Origin: Nanobdellota archaeon
GTDB lineage: Archaea; Nanobdellota; Nanobdellia; Pacearchaeales; GW2011-AR1
Assembly (NCBI GenBank): GCA_038045945.1
Contig: JBBSXC010000003.1
Coordinates: forward strand, 188,414-252,413
Direction of reading: 5' to 3'
DNA length: 64,000 nt
The first letter of the stretch is position 1, and each line of letters starts with the position of its first letter. A program made the translations under genes and the position numbers. This document shows, piece by piece, positions 38,032 to 47,856 of the stretch. The notes below the pieces were generated by a model. The model did no database searches. It was not told the origin of the DNA and worked only from the letters and a program-made list of their open reading frames with translations.

Positions 38032-38727
38032 ATTGTTATTATTGCTTATCAAAAACCGTTTAAAACCCTTTCTATATAACAAATATTTCTTAATATGTTT
38101 AGAATTTTTTGGGCCAATAACTTCCATAAACCTATCAAACATCTCTTTTCCCCTTATAACAACTCTGTAAGACTGATGACGATTCCCCCTAGGTGCAGAA
38201 TCTTTGTACATAGTCGCCCTTAAACCTAACTCATTAAACAAAACTCTTAATTGCTCTGCTAATTTAAGAGAAATCGTACATATTTCCATTCTTGGATACA
38301 TCGATAGTTTCTTTTTAACAAAGTAGACACAGCCATCAGTATCAAATATGCCCCTAAGAACTGCCGCTTTAATTTTGTTACTTAAAAGAAATGCATCTGG
38401 AATGACTAATTCTAATTTTGGCCCTCTTCTTAAGCCTAAACTCTCTTTAAACCTAAAAAGAGCATTACTCCATATCTGAAATCCGAAAACTCTTGTGGAG
38501 GGCATTTCTCTAAGACTAATATCCACATTATATAAAATCTTGAATATAGGCTTAATACGGTTGATGTAATGTTCTTTATCATCTTCAATATGCCCCCTTA
38601 ACTGGTAAACACATTTTTCTTTACCATCATGTTTTTCGTAATAATTCATGCTTCCATCTCCTATATGCCAACCAGTTTCTTCAGCAAGTTCAGGAGTAAT
38701 AACAGAAGGAAAACTTTTTATTTCCAT
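37996..38727 (-). CDS. free-standing double-motif LAGLIDADG (intein DOD-type) homing endonuclease
   Basis: LAEETGWHIGDGS and VLRGIFDTDGC motifs; no intein splicing motifs; overlaps the tRNA 5' exon. Confidence 0.88.
   Translation of the reverse strand: MEIKSFPSVITPELAEETGWHIGDGSMNYYEKHDGKEKCVYQLRGHIEDDKEHYINRIKPIFKILYNVDISLREMPSTRVFGFQIWSNALFRFKESLGLRRGPKLELVIPDAFLLSNKIKAAVLRGIFDTDGCVYFVKKKLSMYPRMEICTISLKLAEQLRVLFNELGLRATMYKDSAPRGNRHQSYRVVIRGKEMFDRFMEVIGPKNSKHIKKYLLYRKGFKRFLISNNNNEPVVQPGRTLL
38058..38065 (-). promoter_or_regulatory. putative TATA box of the tRNA-Ile gene, inside the LAGLIDADG ORF
   Basis: GAAAGGG-TTTTAAAC ending 26 nt upstream of the tRNA 5' end. Confidence 0.55.
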
Positions 38728-38936
38728 ATATTATAACCAGATGAAAAGTATTAATATTTGCCGTAGTCATTGGAGAATAATTAAAGTACGGTCTAAATTT
38801 CTTAACCAAAACTTTTATTATTCGTCAACAAATAATTCTTTACGTACAACTTCTTGTAGTGAGATAATTTTTTGTCGCAATTTTTTTGTGGTGAACAAAA
38901 CTTATAAAGAAAAGGATAATTATCACTTCACAAAAG

Positions 38937-39251
38937 ATGGTAATTGACAGATTAGACCCAGGTGAATTAGTAAAAGCTTTAGCAACAATAAAGGATGGAG
39001 GATTCAGTGTTGTTGGAAGTAAAAATAGAAAAGGATTAAGCGCCGAAGTTGTTAATGGTAACCCAGTTCTAAGAGCAAACATAAGATATGATGATCCTAA
39101 GGGCAGTTCAATAACTGTTTATGCTGAAGGGAAAAAGACTTATGAAGACCAATTAAGATTCGCACATTTTAGAGGAATAGTACAAAGAGCAGGCATCCCT
39201 GTAAGTTACTTAAAACATGGCTATTCTGATTCCGGTCGCCCATCATTATAA
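38937..39251 (+). CDS. hypothetical protein
   Basis: 104 aa; CTTATAAA box upstream. Confidence 0.65.
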   Translation: MVIDRLDPGELVKALATIKDGGFSVVGSKNRKGLSAEVVNGNPVLRANIRYDDPKGSSITVYAEGKKTYEDQLRFAHFRGIVQRAGIPVSYLKHGYSDSGRPSL

Positions 39252-39312
39252 AAATAAGAAAAAGCCATAGTTTAAGTAAAGCTTTATAAACACATTTTTT
39301 CTCACATTAATC

Positions 39313-39870
39313 ATGACTAACGCTTACGAGTATATTAAGAAATCAATGGAATTAACTCTCAAAGGAAGAATGATAGATTGGAGAGCCGGAGAATCAGTAA
39401 CTAAAATAGATAAACCAACAGATATTGCCAGAGCAAGAACTTTAGGTTACAAAGACAAAAAAGGATTCGTAGTTATTAGAGTCAGAGTTGTTAGAGGCGG
39501 AAGACAAAGACCAAGGCCTAGAAAGGGTAGAAGATCTAAGAGAATGCACACAAGACTAACACTGAAGATGAGCTACCAATGGGTCGCTGAAGGAAGAGCA
39601 CAAAAAAAGTATCCTAACCTAGAAGTACTAAACTCATACCAAACAGGAAAAGACGGTAAACACTACTTTTACGAAGTTATAATGATTGACCCTGATAAAC
39701 CAGAAATAACTAATGATCAGAACACATCATGGATTGTTAGAAACTCTAACAAAAACAAAGTATTCAGAGGATTAACAAGCGCTGGAAAGAAATCTAGAGG
39801 ACTAAGACACAGAGGACCAGAAATAAAGAGCGGTCCGAGCGCAAGAGCAAACGAAAGAAGAGGAAGATAA
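39313..39870 (+). CDS. rpl15e: 50S ribosomal protein eL15
   Basis: KPTDIARARTLGYK, RVRVVRGGR, NLEVLNSY, FRGLTSAGKKSRGL. Confidence 0.97.
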   Translation: MTNAYEYIKKSMELTLKGRMIDWRAGESVTKIDKPTDIARARTLGYKDKKGFVVIRVRVVRGGRQRPRPRKGRRSKRMHTRLTLKMSYQWVAEGRAQKKYPNLEVLNSYQTGKDGKHYFYEVIMIDPDKPEITNDQNTSWIVRNSNKNKVFRGLTSAGKKSRGLRHRGPEIKSGPSARANERRGR

Positions 39871-39929
39871 AAATTAATCACGCTCATTTCTACATAAATG
39901 TTTAAAAACAGATAGTAACTCCTAGTTTT

Positions 39930-40400
39930 TTGATGAGTATTTATCAAAAAGGGAAGAAGGATTTATTTCTAGAAGTTTATCGGGACATAGTTGACCAGTA
40001 TTTATCGGCTAATAGAGTAAACAAGATAAGAGCAGGCTTACACTTAACAAATTGCGGTAAAAAGGACTTAATTGCGATAGTTCATGAATTATCAATAAGA
40101 GGAACCAGAGCAAAATGGAAAAATTCTAGTGATTCTCCTAGAAGAAAATCCAAACACTCAAAAAAAATAATAATACACTGGACAGACAGGAGATTATGCT
40201 ACGAGAAAAGCGAATCATACCAAATAGATGTTCATTACATGAAAGAAAGGGAAGAAAAAAGAGAAGAGTGGGCAAAAGATTTTGAAGAAAGAAGGAAGAA
40301 GAATGAGATTTTTGCTAATAGAAGTTTATATGAAGAAGATGAAAATCTAAAATCACCTATTGTAGAAGCAAAAAGAGAATATTTATTGATGACTAAATAA
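39930..40400 (+). CDS. hypothetical protein
   Basis: Highly charged ORF; likely ATG start at 39933; TATA-like box upstream. Confidence 0.6.
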   Translation: MMSIYQKGKKDLFLEVYRDIVDQYLSANRVNKIRAGLHLTNCGKKDLIAIVHELSIRGTRAKWKNSSDSPRRKSKHSKKIIIHWTDRRLCYEKSESYQIDVHYMKEREEKREEWAKDFEERRKKNEIFANRSLYEEDENLKSPIVEAKREYLLMTK

Positions 40401-40454
40401 AGATAAAACTAGCCAACTAATAAGCTATATAAATTACGTTAATTTGCTAACTTT

Positions 40455-42161
40455 ATGTTATACTCACAATTATTAGAAGTTTATACAGCATTACAATCAA
40501 CAACTAAGAAGCTAGAAAAAGTTGAGATAATATCAGAATTCTTAAAAAAAATAAAGGAAGAAAGAAACAGAAGAGACATAATATACCTCATTCAAGGAAG
40601 CGTATTTCCAGAAAGCAACCAAGAAGTATTAGGAATGAGTGAACAAACAATAATAAAAGCAATAGCACAAGCAAGCGGAATAAGCAATGAAGAGGTAGTT
40701 AAGGAGTGGAAAGAGATCGGAGACTTAGGAGAGGTAGCAGAAAGAGAGATAACAAAATCAAGAATAAAACAAAGCAAGAAAGAACTAGTAATTGAAAGAG
40801 TAGTAAGCAACATAAGAAGACTAGCAGATTTCGTTGGAAAAGGAACAGTAGAAAAAAAGTTAGAGCTAATAGCAGAATTATTATTAGATGCTAAACCAAA
40901 AGAAGCAAAATACTTGGTTAGAACAATCATTGGAGACTTAAGAGTGGGAGTAAAAGAAGGAGTGCTTAGAGACGCAATAATAAAATCATGCTTCGGACAA
41001 GAGGCAAGTGAAGAGGTAGAAAAATTAGTACAGAAAGCATACGACTTAACAACAGACTTCGGACTAGTATACGAATACTCATGCGATGGAATAAGCCGCC
41101 TTGCAGAAATAAGTTTGATGCCAGGAAAACCACTAAAAGTCATGCTGTTCCCAAAAGCAGAAAGCATCAGTGACGCTTTTAGAATAGTAGGAAAACCAGC
41201 AGCGTTTGAATACAAATATGACGGATTCAGGGTAATAATAAGCAAAAGTGGAGAAGAAATAAAAATATACACCCGCAGGCTAGAAGAAGTATCAAAACAA
41301 TTCCCAGACATAGTAAAATACGTTAAGGCTTACGTTAAGGCAGAAACATTCATGATTGATGGAGAAGCAATAGGATACGACCCAAAAACAAAAGATTACT
41401 TACCATTCCAAGAAATAAGCCAAAGAATAAAAAGAATTTATGATATAGAAAAGGTCGAGAAAGAATTACCAGTGGAACTGGTAGCATTTGACTTACTATA
41501 TATTAATGGAGAAAGCTTGCTAGAAAAACCTTTTAAGGAAAGAAGAAAAGAGCTTGAAAAAATTATTAAGAAAGAACCTTACAAGTTATCATTATCAAAA
41601 CAAATAGTTACAGATGATGAAAAAGTTGTTGAAAAATTTTATGAAGAAGCACTAGAAATGGGAGAAGAAGGAATAATGGGAAAGAACCTAGAGTCACCTT
41701 ACAAACCAGGAGCAAGAATCGGTTACGCAGTAAAACTAAAACCAGACGCAGAAGAATTAGACTTAGTAATAACAAAAGCAGAATGGGGAACAGGCAAGCG
41801 CGCAGGATGGTTAACTTCTTACACAGTATCATGCTTAGCAGGAAATGGTAAAAATGGCGACTTGTTAGAAGTGGGTAAAGTATCAACAGGTCTGAAAGAA
41901 AAAAGCGAATTAGGATTAAGCTTCGATGACTTAACAAAACTACTAAAACCATTAATCATTAGTGAAGATGGAAAAGAAGTAACTGTTAAACCAGAAATTA
42001 TTGGTATGATACAATACCAAAACATACAAAAATCACCGTCGTACAATTCAGGATACGCCTTGCGATTCCCTAGAATAAAAGTTGTAAGACCTGACAAAAA
42101 AATAGATGATATAGCAACAGTAAAAGAAATAGAAGAAGAATACGAGAAACACAAAGGATAA
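40455..42161 (+). CDS. lig: ATP-dependent DNA ligase
   Basis: EYKYDGFR, DGEA, FDLL, EGIMGK, LRFPR motifs. Confidence 0.97.
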   Translation: MLYSQLLEVYTALQSTTKKLEKVEIISEFLKKIKEERNRRDIIYLIQGSVFPESNQEVLGMSEQTIIKAIAQASGISNEEVVKEWKEIGDLGEVAEREITKSRIKQSKKELVIERVVSNIRRLADFVGKGTVEKKLELIAELLLDAKPKEAKYLVRTIIGDLRVGVKEGVLRDAIIKSCFGQEASEEVEKLVQKAYDLTTDFGLVYEYSCDGISRLAEISLMPGKPLKVMLFPKAESISDAFRIVGKPAAFEYKYDGFRVIISKSGEEIKIYTRRLEEVSKQFPDIVKYVKAYVKAETFMIDGEAIGYDPKTKDYLPFQEISQRIKRIYDIEKVEKELPVELVAFDLLYINGESLLEKPFKERRKELEKIIKKEPYKLSLSKQIVTDDEKVVEKFYEEALEMGEEGIMGKNLESPYKPGARIGYAVKLKPDAEELDLVITKAEWGTGKRAGWLTSYTVSCLAGNGKNGDLLEVGKVSTGLKEKSELGLSFDDLTKLLKPLIISEDGKEVTVKPEIIGMIQYQNIQKSPSYNSGYALRFPRIKVVRPDKKIDDIATVKEIEEEYEKHKG

Positions 42162-42168
42162 AAAAATT

Positions 42169-43068
42169 ATGGAAACAAAAAAAGAGGAACCAGAATGGAA
42201 GAGAGAATTATTCAACTTGATAGGCGTAGCATCATTGTTCTTAGGAATAATACTAATAATAACATCAAAAACAGTAACAACTGGAAACGCAATAATCAGT
42301 GAAATAATAACAAAACAATTCAGCATCATAGGAATAATGCTGTTCATAGGAGGAGTAATAGTATTATTCACAAGCAGCATTAGAAGCGACATATCAGATT
42401 TGGAAAGAAGGGCAGAAGGAGATGAGAGAGACAGAGCAAAGGGAATTAAAATATACTCAAAACATTCTGACCCTGAAAAAGACACATTTGTCCCAGATAG
42501 AGATTTACACATAATAGAACCCCAAGGGATGTTAGGTGTTCGCGATTATAGTCTTGGCGAGTTTAGAAAGAGGTATAAGGAATTAGGAGATGACGAACTG
42601 AAAGATGTAGCTAAGGAAGAATTAGGTCCAGGATTATTAAGTATTTACAATCATGGCAATAATTTAGCAAAATATTTTTTAGAAGCAATGAATGTTACAA
42701 TACCAAGAACTAATGAGAAACCAAGAGTAATTATATCAAACAAGGCCTTGGTAAGAGCAAGAAGAGATAATAGTGTCAGTGGGAGAGCTAAAATGTTCAA
42801 TAGCGAAATAGAAATGATAAGAGAAAATCCTATTGCAAGACCGAAAGAAAGAATAGGAGAGTTTTTTGTGTCACCAAGAGGAAGAAAAGAAATAAGAGTA
42901 GCCTGGGATTATGATCCAGAAAAAAACATAATAAAAATCTACGATGTTTTATATCACACCGGGACAAAGGAATATGTTGATGATTGGAACAATAAATCAA
43001 GAACAGGGGAATTATCAAAGAAAAGTTATGAATCAGCAGGATTCTCAGAATTCAGAGGAATAAATTAA
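42169..43068 (+). CDS. two-TM membrane protein with possible C-terminal RelE/ParE-like domain
   Basis: Two TM helices around TTGNAI; C-terminal VIISNKA...IRVAWDYD..IIKIYDVLYH. Confidence 0.6.
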   Translation: METKKEEPEWKRELFNLIGVASLFLGIILIITSKTVTTGNAIISEIITKQFSIIGIMLFIGGVIVLFTSSIRSDISDLERRAEGDERDRAKGIKIYSKHSDPEKDTFVPDRDLHIIEPQGMLGVRDYSLGEFRKRYKELGDDELKDVAKEELGPGLLSIYNHGNNLAKYFLEAMNVTIPRTNEKPRVIISNKALVRARRDNSVSGRAKMFNSEIEMIRENPIARPKERIGEFFVSPRGRKEIRVAWDYDPEKNIIKIYDVLYHTGTKEYVDDWNNKSRTGELSKKSYESAGFSEFRGIN

Positions 43069-43460
43069 AAATACACTCTTTCAGTTTCAAAACCGTTCTC
43101 TTGCAAGTTATCAACTAATATTGCAATATTACCGTTACCTTTTTTATTAACATAAGCAACTCTGGAAAAACTTCTACCATCGCCAATAGTTAATTCTCTG
43201 AGAAAATCGCTATGATCCTCAGCTAGTCTAGGATCAATAGGTTTATCACCATTTGTCTTACAGTACCCCTCGGTCGTAGGGGGAAAACCACTAGTCACCC
43301 GAGGCAGAGGAGAAACATCCCTAAACTTTTGGTTAACATCAAAATAAGCAGCATCAATAGGCTCTCCTCTATGAATGATAGCAATACTTCTCATTAGACC
43401 CCAATCTCCATTATCAACGCGATCAGGCCTTGGAGTAAAAATATAAACTTTTCTTGACAT
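43065..43460 (-). CDS. hypothetical protein
   Basis: Start reassigned to MSRKVY, downstream of a TATA box. Confidence 0.6.
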   Translation of the reverse strand: MSRKVYIFTPRPDRVDNGDWGLMRSIAIIHRGEPIDAAYFDVNQKFRDVSPLPRVTSGFPPTTEGYCKTNGDKPIDPRLAEDHSDFLRELTIGDGRSFSRVAYVNKKGNGNIAILVDNLQENGFETERVYF

Positions 43461-43559
43461 AAAACCTTGTATCAAGAACACCTTATAAATCTTTCTTTAT
43501 TAGCTACTTTAAAGTGACAATTAGGCAAGGTATAAAAGGCATGCTTTATTGACGACTCC

Positions 43560-44099
43560 ATGAAAACACTGGATATTGGTTGCGGTAATAGAAAGAAAGA
43601 AGGAGCTATAGGCCTTGACAGAGTCACATTACCAGGAGTAGATGTAGTGTGCGAAATAAGAAGCAGAGTAAGTATTCCTTTCAAAAATGATCTTTTTGAG
43701 GAAGTCTTTCTCACAGACATGGTAGAACATGTTGATGATGTGCCTTGGCTCCTTAGCGAGGTTCATAGAATCAGTAAAGACAAAGCATTAGTCTATATTA
43801 GATTCCCCCATTACAGCGGCAGAAACGCTTATGGTGACGTAACCCATAGAAGATACCTTTCCCTCGGAGCTTTTGATCATTTTGATCCTCAAACAGAAAG
43901 TGGTAAGAGGTACCAATACTATAAATCTTTTGGCAGAAATTTCCCTTTCCACATTGAAGATATATCCCCGGCAGCTAGAAAATTGGGATTTAGAAGTTTA
44001 GTTTACAACTTTTTAGACGGAAGAAAAAACGAATTAAGAATAAGCAGAATATTCCCTATAGAAAACGTTAATCTCAAAATGAGAGTAATTAAAAACTAA
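43560..44099 (+). CDS. class I SAM-dependent methyltransferase (type 11-like)
   Basis: LDIGCG, IPFKNDLFE, VEHV..LSEVHRI, GDVTH. Confidence 0.85.
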   Translation: MKTLDIGCGNRKKEGAIGLDRVTLPGVDVVCEIRSRVSIPFKNDLFEEVFLTDMVEHVDDVPWLLSEVHRISKDKALVYIRFPHYSGRNAYGDVTHRRYLSLGAFDHFDPQTESGKRYQYYKSFGRNFPFHIEDISPAARKLGFRSLVYNFLDGRKNELRISRIFPIENVNLKMRVIKN

Positions 44100-44557
44100 T
44101 TTGAAACAGCCTTAGCTTTTCTAACTCTCGATTTACCAACTTTGGCGACAATCCTTTGAGGATCATTAGCTTTTATAAAATCTAAAACTTGAAAACCATC
44201 AATCTCAAGTCTTGATAAAAGATTTTTAGTCTCAGAACTTCTCCCTCTAGAAAAAATTACTAGCGACGGAGGAGAATCTTGTGGCACTGATGAAGCTTTT
44301 GAATATAAAGAGTCTTGGATGTCTAAAGAATAAACTTTAACTCGAGGCTTATTATTATAAAAATGAGGGACCACCTTCTCTAGAACACCCTTTATATCTT
44401 TTAAGCCTCTTTTAGAATCAACGGTATCAACATAAACTTCTCTCAAACCACCTTTAGGAGAAACAGATGATAGAGCGTTTAAAACAAATAATGGATGATC
44501 TTGGCGAGTATCATCGTATTCTAAAAAATAAACTACACCTTTATCTTTTGAGGACAT
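44096..44557 (-). CDS. hypothetical protein
   Basis: Start reassigned to MSSKDKG, downstream of a TATA box. Confidence 0.6.
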   Translation of the reverse strand: MSSKDKGVVYFLEYDDTRQDHPLFVLNALSSVSPKGGLREVYVDTVDSKRGLKDIKGVLEKVVPHFYNNKPRVKVYSLDIQDSLYSKASSVPQDSPPSLVIFSRGRSSETKNLLSRLEIDGFQVLDFIKANDPQRIVAKVGKSRVRKAKAVSN

Positions 44558-44628
44558 CTCGTAATAAGTTAAAATTATGAACAATATAAAGGTTTAGTAA
44601 AATTGGCAATAATGAGGTCATAGAAAGG

Positions 44629-44692
44629 TTTATAAAGCATATCATTTATAAATAAGAATTAAATCGTCGAGATTTTTATAAAGGTTTATATA
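44629..44692 (+). promoter_or_regulatory. cluster of four TATA-box elements upstream of tbp
   Basis: TTTATAAA at 44629, 44645, 44675 and TTTATATA at 44685. Confidence 0.65.
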
Positions 44693-45268
44693 ATGGCTGA
44701 AAAACAATCAAGTTCTAAAAAATCATCACTTAAAGTTCAAAACATTGTAGCAACAACTTCTTTAGGGAAACCAATTTCTTTAACTAAACTTGCTAAGACT
44801 TTAGTTAACACTACTTACAATCCTGACCAATTTCCAGGGGTCATATTAAGAGTTAAAGAACCTAAGAGTGCTGTTCTTGTTTTTTCAAGCGGTAACCTTG
44901 TTTGTACTGGAACTAAGAGCATTCAGCAAGTTAAGGAAGTTATTGATTCTGTTATTAAACAACTTAGAAGAATTAATGTTCGTATTACTGACAAACCAAA
45001 AATTAATGTTCAAAATATTGTAGCTAGCGGAAGTATTGACTTAATGCTTAACCTTAACTTGTTAGCTTTAGAACTTGAAAACACTGAGTATGAACCTGAA
45101 CAATTCCCTGGCCTAGTTTACAAACTTGACAACCCTACAGCAACATTCTTATTATTTTCTAATGGTAAACTTGTTTGCACAGGAACCAAGACTCGACAAC
45201 AACTTGACGAAAGCATGGAACAATTAATCAAGAACGTGAAAGCTGCCATTAAAAGAATGAATGCCTAA
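44693..45268 (+). CDS. tbp: TATA-box binding protein
   Basis: Two repeats VQNIVA..YxPxQFPG..FSxGxLVCTG. Confidence 0.98.
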   Translation: MAEKQSSSKKSSLKVQNIVATTSLGKPISLTKLAKTLVNTTYNPDQFPGVILRVKEPKSAVLVFSSGNLVCTGTKSIQQVKEVIDSVIKQLRRINVRITDKPKINVQNIVASGSIDLMLNLNLLALELENTEYEPEQFPGLVYKLDNPTATFLLFSNGKLVCTGTKTRQQLDESMEQLIKNVKAAIKRMNA

Positions 45269-45306
45269 AAGTCTCAGAAAAATTTTCTAATAATTATTAA
45301 CAAACA

Positions 45307-45711
45307 ATGAGAACTATCTATCAACTCTTACCATTTAAGAAAGTTGCATGCTTAGAAGTTTTTCAAGAACTAAGAATGGCGCAGGGTCAAGAGCTTTCAG
45401 AAGAGGATAAGAGCATTACCGGCAGAACTAGTTATTATTGTAAAATAGTTTCTAATGACGGAGAATATTCTAACGCTCCACCAGTAGCAAATAGGACGAT
45501 AGAGAGTTTAGCTGAAGGAGTTATGCAAGAATTATCTAAGAATCATGAGTCATTTGCAGAGTACGCCGTTATAATAGTCAATGATCCTCCAAAACTACAA
45601 AGCCTTATTGATTCTCATTGCGAGCCTATGTCAGTAACAAGAAAGATTAGTCCTGGAGAAAGGATAAGAATGCAGAGAAGAATTTCTGAATTAATAGTAG
45701 CTCGAGCTTAA
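45307..45711 (+). CDS. hypothetical protein
   Basis: ORF between tbp and mcm; start uncertain. Confidence 0.55.
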   Translation: MRTIYQLLPFKKVACLEVFQELRMAQGQELSEEDKSITGRTSYYCKIVSNDGEYSNAPPVANRTIESLAEGVMQELSKNHESFAEYAVIIVNDPPKLQSLIDSHCEPMSVTRKISPGERIRMQRRISELIVARA

Positions 45712-45799
45712 GAAAAACTTTCTTTAGTATACGAAAGGTTTCTAAACATAGATTGTTATGTATAAATATCAATAAAAAGGGTTAGAAGTAATCATAATC

Positions 45800-47827
45800 A
45801 TGGAAAAAAAGGTAGATCCGGAAGAGCTACGATTAGAAGCCAGATCCTTCTTTGACACTCACAAAAAAGAGATAATTGGTAAAGCAGCTAGAGAAGAAAA
45901 CAAAGTCATACACGTAAATTTTGACGAACTTGCAAGCTCATCAACAATACTAACTGAAAGACTAATGGAATCTCCAGAGGAAGTAATAATGGCTATGGAA
46001 ATGGCAGTTGAAGAAGCAGACATTATTAAGAATGCCAGAGTAAGGTTCCTTTCTCTTCCTGATTCTCACTCAGAAAAAATAAGAAATCTCAGATCTAAAC
46101 ACCTAAACAAATTCATACAAATAGAGGGAATAATAAGACAAGCAACAGAGGTAAGACCTCAAGTAGTTAACGCAAAGTTCGAATGCCCAACATGCGGTAC
46201 GATAATATCAATATTACAAATAGAAAGCAAATTTAGAGAACCTAGAAGGTGCTCTTGCGGTAGACGCGGAGGTTTCAAACTATTATCAAAAGACATGGTT
46301 GATGCTCAAAGAATAGTTATTGAAGAATCACCAGAAAACCTTAGCGGAGGAGAACAACCTAGAAGGATATCAATATTCTTAAAAGAAGACTTAGTTGAGC
46401 CTAAAATGGAAGAAAAGACCACTCCAGGGGCTAAGGTAAAAGTTATTGGAACACTAAAAGAAGTCGTTAAGCACAGCCAGCAAGGAACACAACTAACAAG
46501 GTATGATATAGCAATTGAAGCTAACAACGTAATACCAATGGAAGAATCATACGAAGAAGTAATAATTAGTGAAGAAGACGAAACACAAATAAGAGAATTA
46601 TCACAAGACCCAAAACTTTTCGAAAAAATGACTAACACTATAGCACCATCAATTTATGGTCATAAAGAAGTAAAACAATCATTAGTACTGCAATTATTAG
46701 GAGGGGTGAAAAAAACTATGAGTGACGGAACACAAAAAAGAGGAGACATACACATATTGTTAGTTGGAGACCCAGGAGTCGCTAAATCAGTAATATTAAC
46801 ATTCATAGCAGCAGTAGCACCAAAAGGAAGATACGTAGCAGGTAGAGGTGCTAGTGGTGCTGGACTAACAGCAACAGTTGTTAAGGACGAATTCCTTAAA
46901 GGTTGGAGTTTAGAAGCAGGAGCAATGGTATTAGCACATAAAGGAATTCTGTGCGTTGATGAAATGGACAAGATGGAAGCTGAAGACACTAGTGCTATGC
47001 ATCAAGCATTAGAACAACAATGCGTGACTATTAGTAAAGCAACAATCCAAGCAACACTAAGATCGGAAACTAGTGTTTTAGGAGCAGCAAACCCTAAGTT
47101 CGGAAGGTTCGACCCTTACCAAACAGTAGCTCAACAAATTGATCTTCCACCAGCACTGATTAACAGATTCGATATTATTTTTATACTTAAAGACATGCCT
47201 GACAGAGGAAGAGACGAAGCGATAGCATCACACGTCTTGATGGAAAGTAAAGAACATAAAGAAAGAGAAATAACAATTGAGAGAGACCTATTCAAAAAAT
47301 ACTTAGCTTACGCAAGACAAAGAATCAAACCAAAACTAACTGATGAAGCAATTGAAGAAATAAAAAAGTTTTATGTTGATTTAAGAAACATGTCAAACGT
47401 CACATCAGCAGAAAACGCACAAAAACCTTTACCGATATCAGCAAGACAACTAGAAGGACTAATGAGACTTTCAGAAGCAAGCGCAAAACTAAGACTAAGC
47501 GAAACAGTTCTGAGAGATGATGCTAAAAGAGCTATTGAGATAATGAGGTATTATTTGATGAAAGTTGGTTACGATTACGAAACTAACACTTTCGACATTG
47601 ATAGAATAGCAACAGGGGTTTCCACTGGTCAAAGAAACAAAGTATTATCAGTTAAAGACGCTTTACAAAAACTTGAAGGAAGACTAGGTAAACTAATACC
47701 TATTGAAGAACTAAAAAAAGAATTGTTAGGAAAAATGGATGATAAAGAAATAGATGACTCAATTGAGAAACTAACAAGAATGGGAGACTTATTCCACCCT
47801 AGAAAAGGATTCGTACAAGTAATGTAG
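45800..47827 (+). CDS. mcm: replicative helicase MCM
   Basis: CPTC/CSC zinc site, GDPGVAKS, DEMDKM, NRFD, SARQLEG; no intein. Confidence 0.97.
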   Translation: MEKKVDPEELRLEARSFFDTHKKEIIGKAAREENKVIHVNFDELASSSTILTERLMESPEEVIMAMEMAVEEADIIKNARVRFLSLPDSHSEKIRNLRSKHLNKFIQIEGIIRQATEVRPQVVNAKFECPTCGTIISILQIESKFREPRRCSCGRRGGFKLLSKDMVDAQRIVIEESPENLSGGEQPRRISIFLKEDLVEPKMEEKTTPGAKVKVIGTLKEVVKHSQQGTQLTRYDIAIEANNVIPMEESYEEVIISEEDETQIRELSQDPKLFEKMTNTIAPSIYGHKEVKQSLVLQLLGGVKKTMSDGTQKRGDIHILLVGDPGVAKSVILTFIAAVAPKGRYVAGRGASGAGLTATVVKDEFLKGWSLEAGAMVLAHKGILCVDEMDKMEAEDTSAMHQALEQQCVTISKATIQATLRSETSVLGAANPKFGRFDPYQTVAQQIDLPPALINRFDIIFILKDMPDRGRDEAIASHVLMESKEHKEREITIERDLFKKYLAYARQRIKPKLTDEAIEEIKKFYVDLRNMSNVTSAENAQKPLPISARQLEGLMRLSEASAKLRLSETVLRDDAKRAIEIMRYYLMKVGYDYETNTFDIDRIATGVSTGQRNKVLSVKDALQKLEGRLGKLIPIEELKKELLGKMDDKEIDDSIEKLTRMGDLFHPRKGFVQVM

Positions 47828-47848
47828 TCTTGCAAGACATTACTTGTA
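47814..47848. terminator. 12-bp stem-loop over the mcm stop codon between convergent genes
   Basis: tacaagtaatgt (47814-25) / acattacttgta (47837-48). Confidence 0.45.
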
Positions 47849-47856
47849 AAACAATT

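Noticed and set aside
9133-47827. Inteins in RtcB or MCM as the source of the LAGLIDADG domain
   Set aside because: Both proteins have normal length and contiguous motifs; the endonuclease ORF lacks splicing residues
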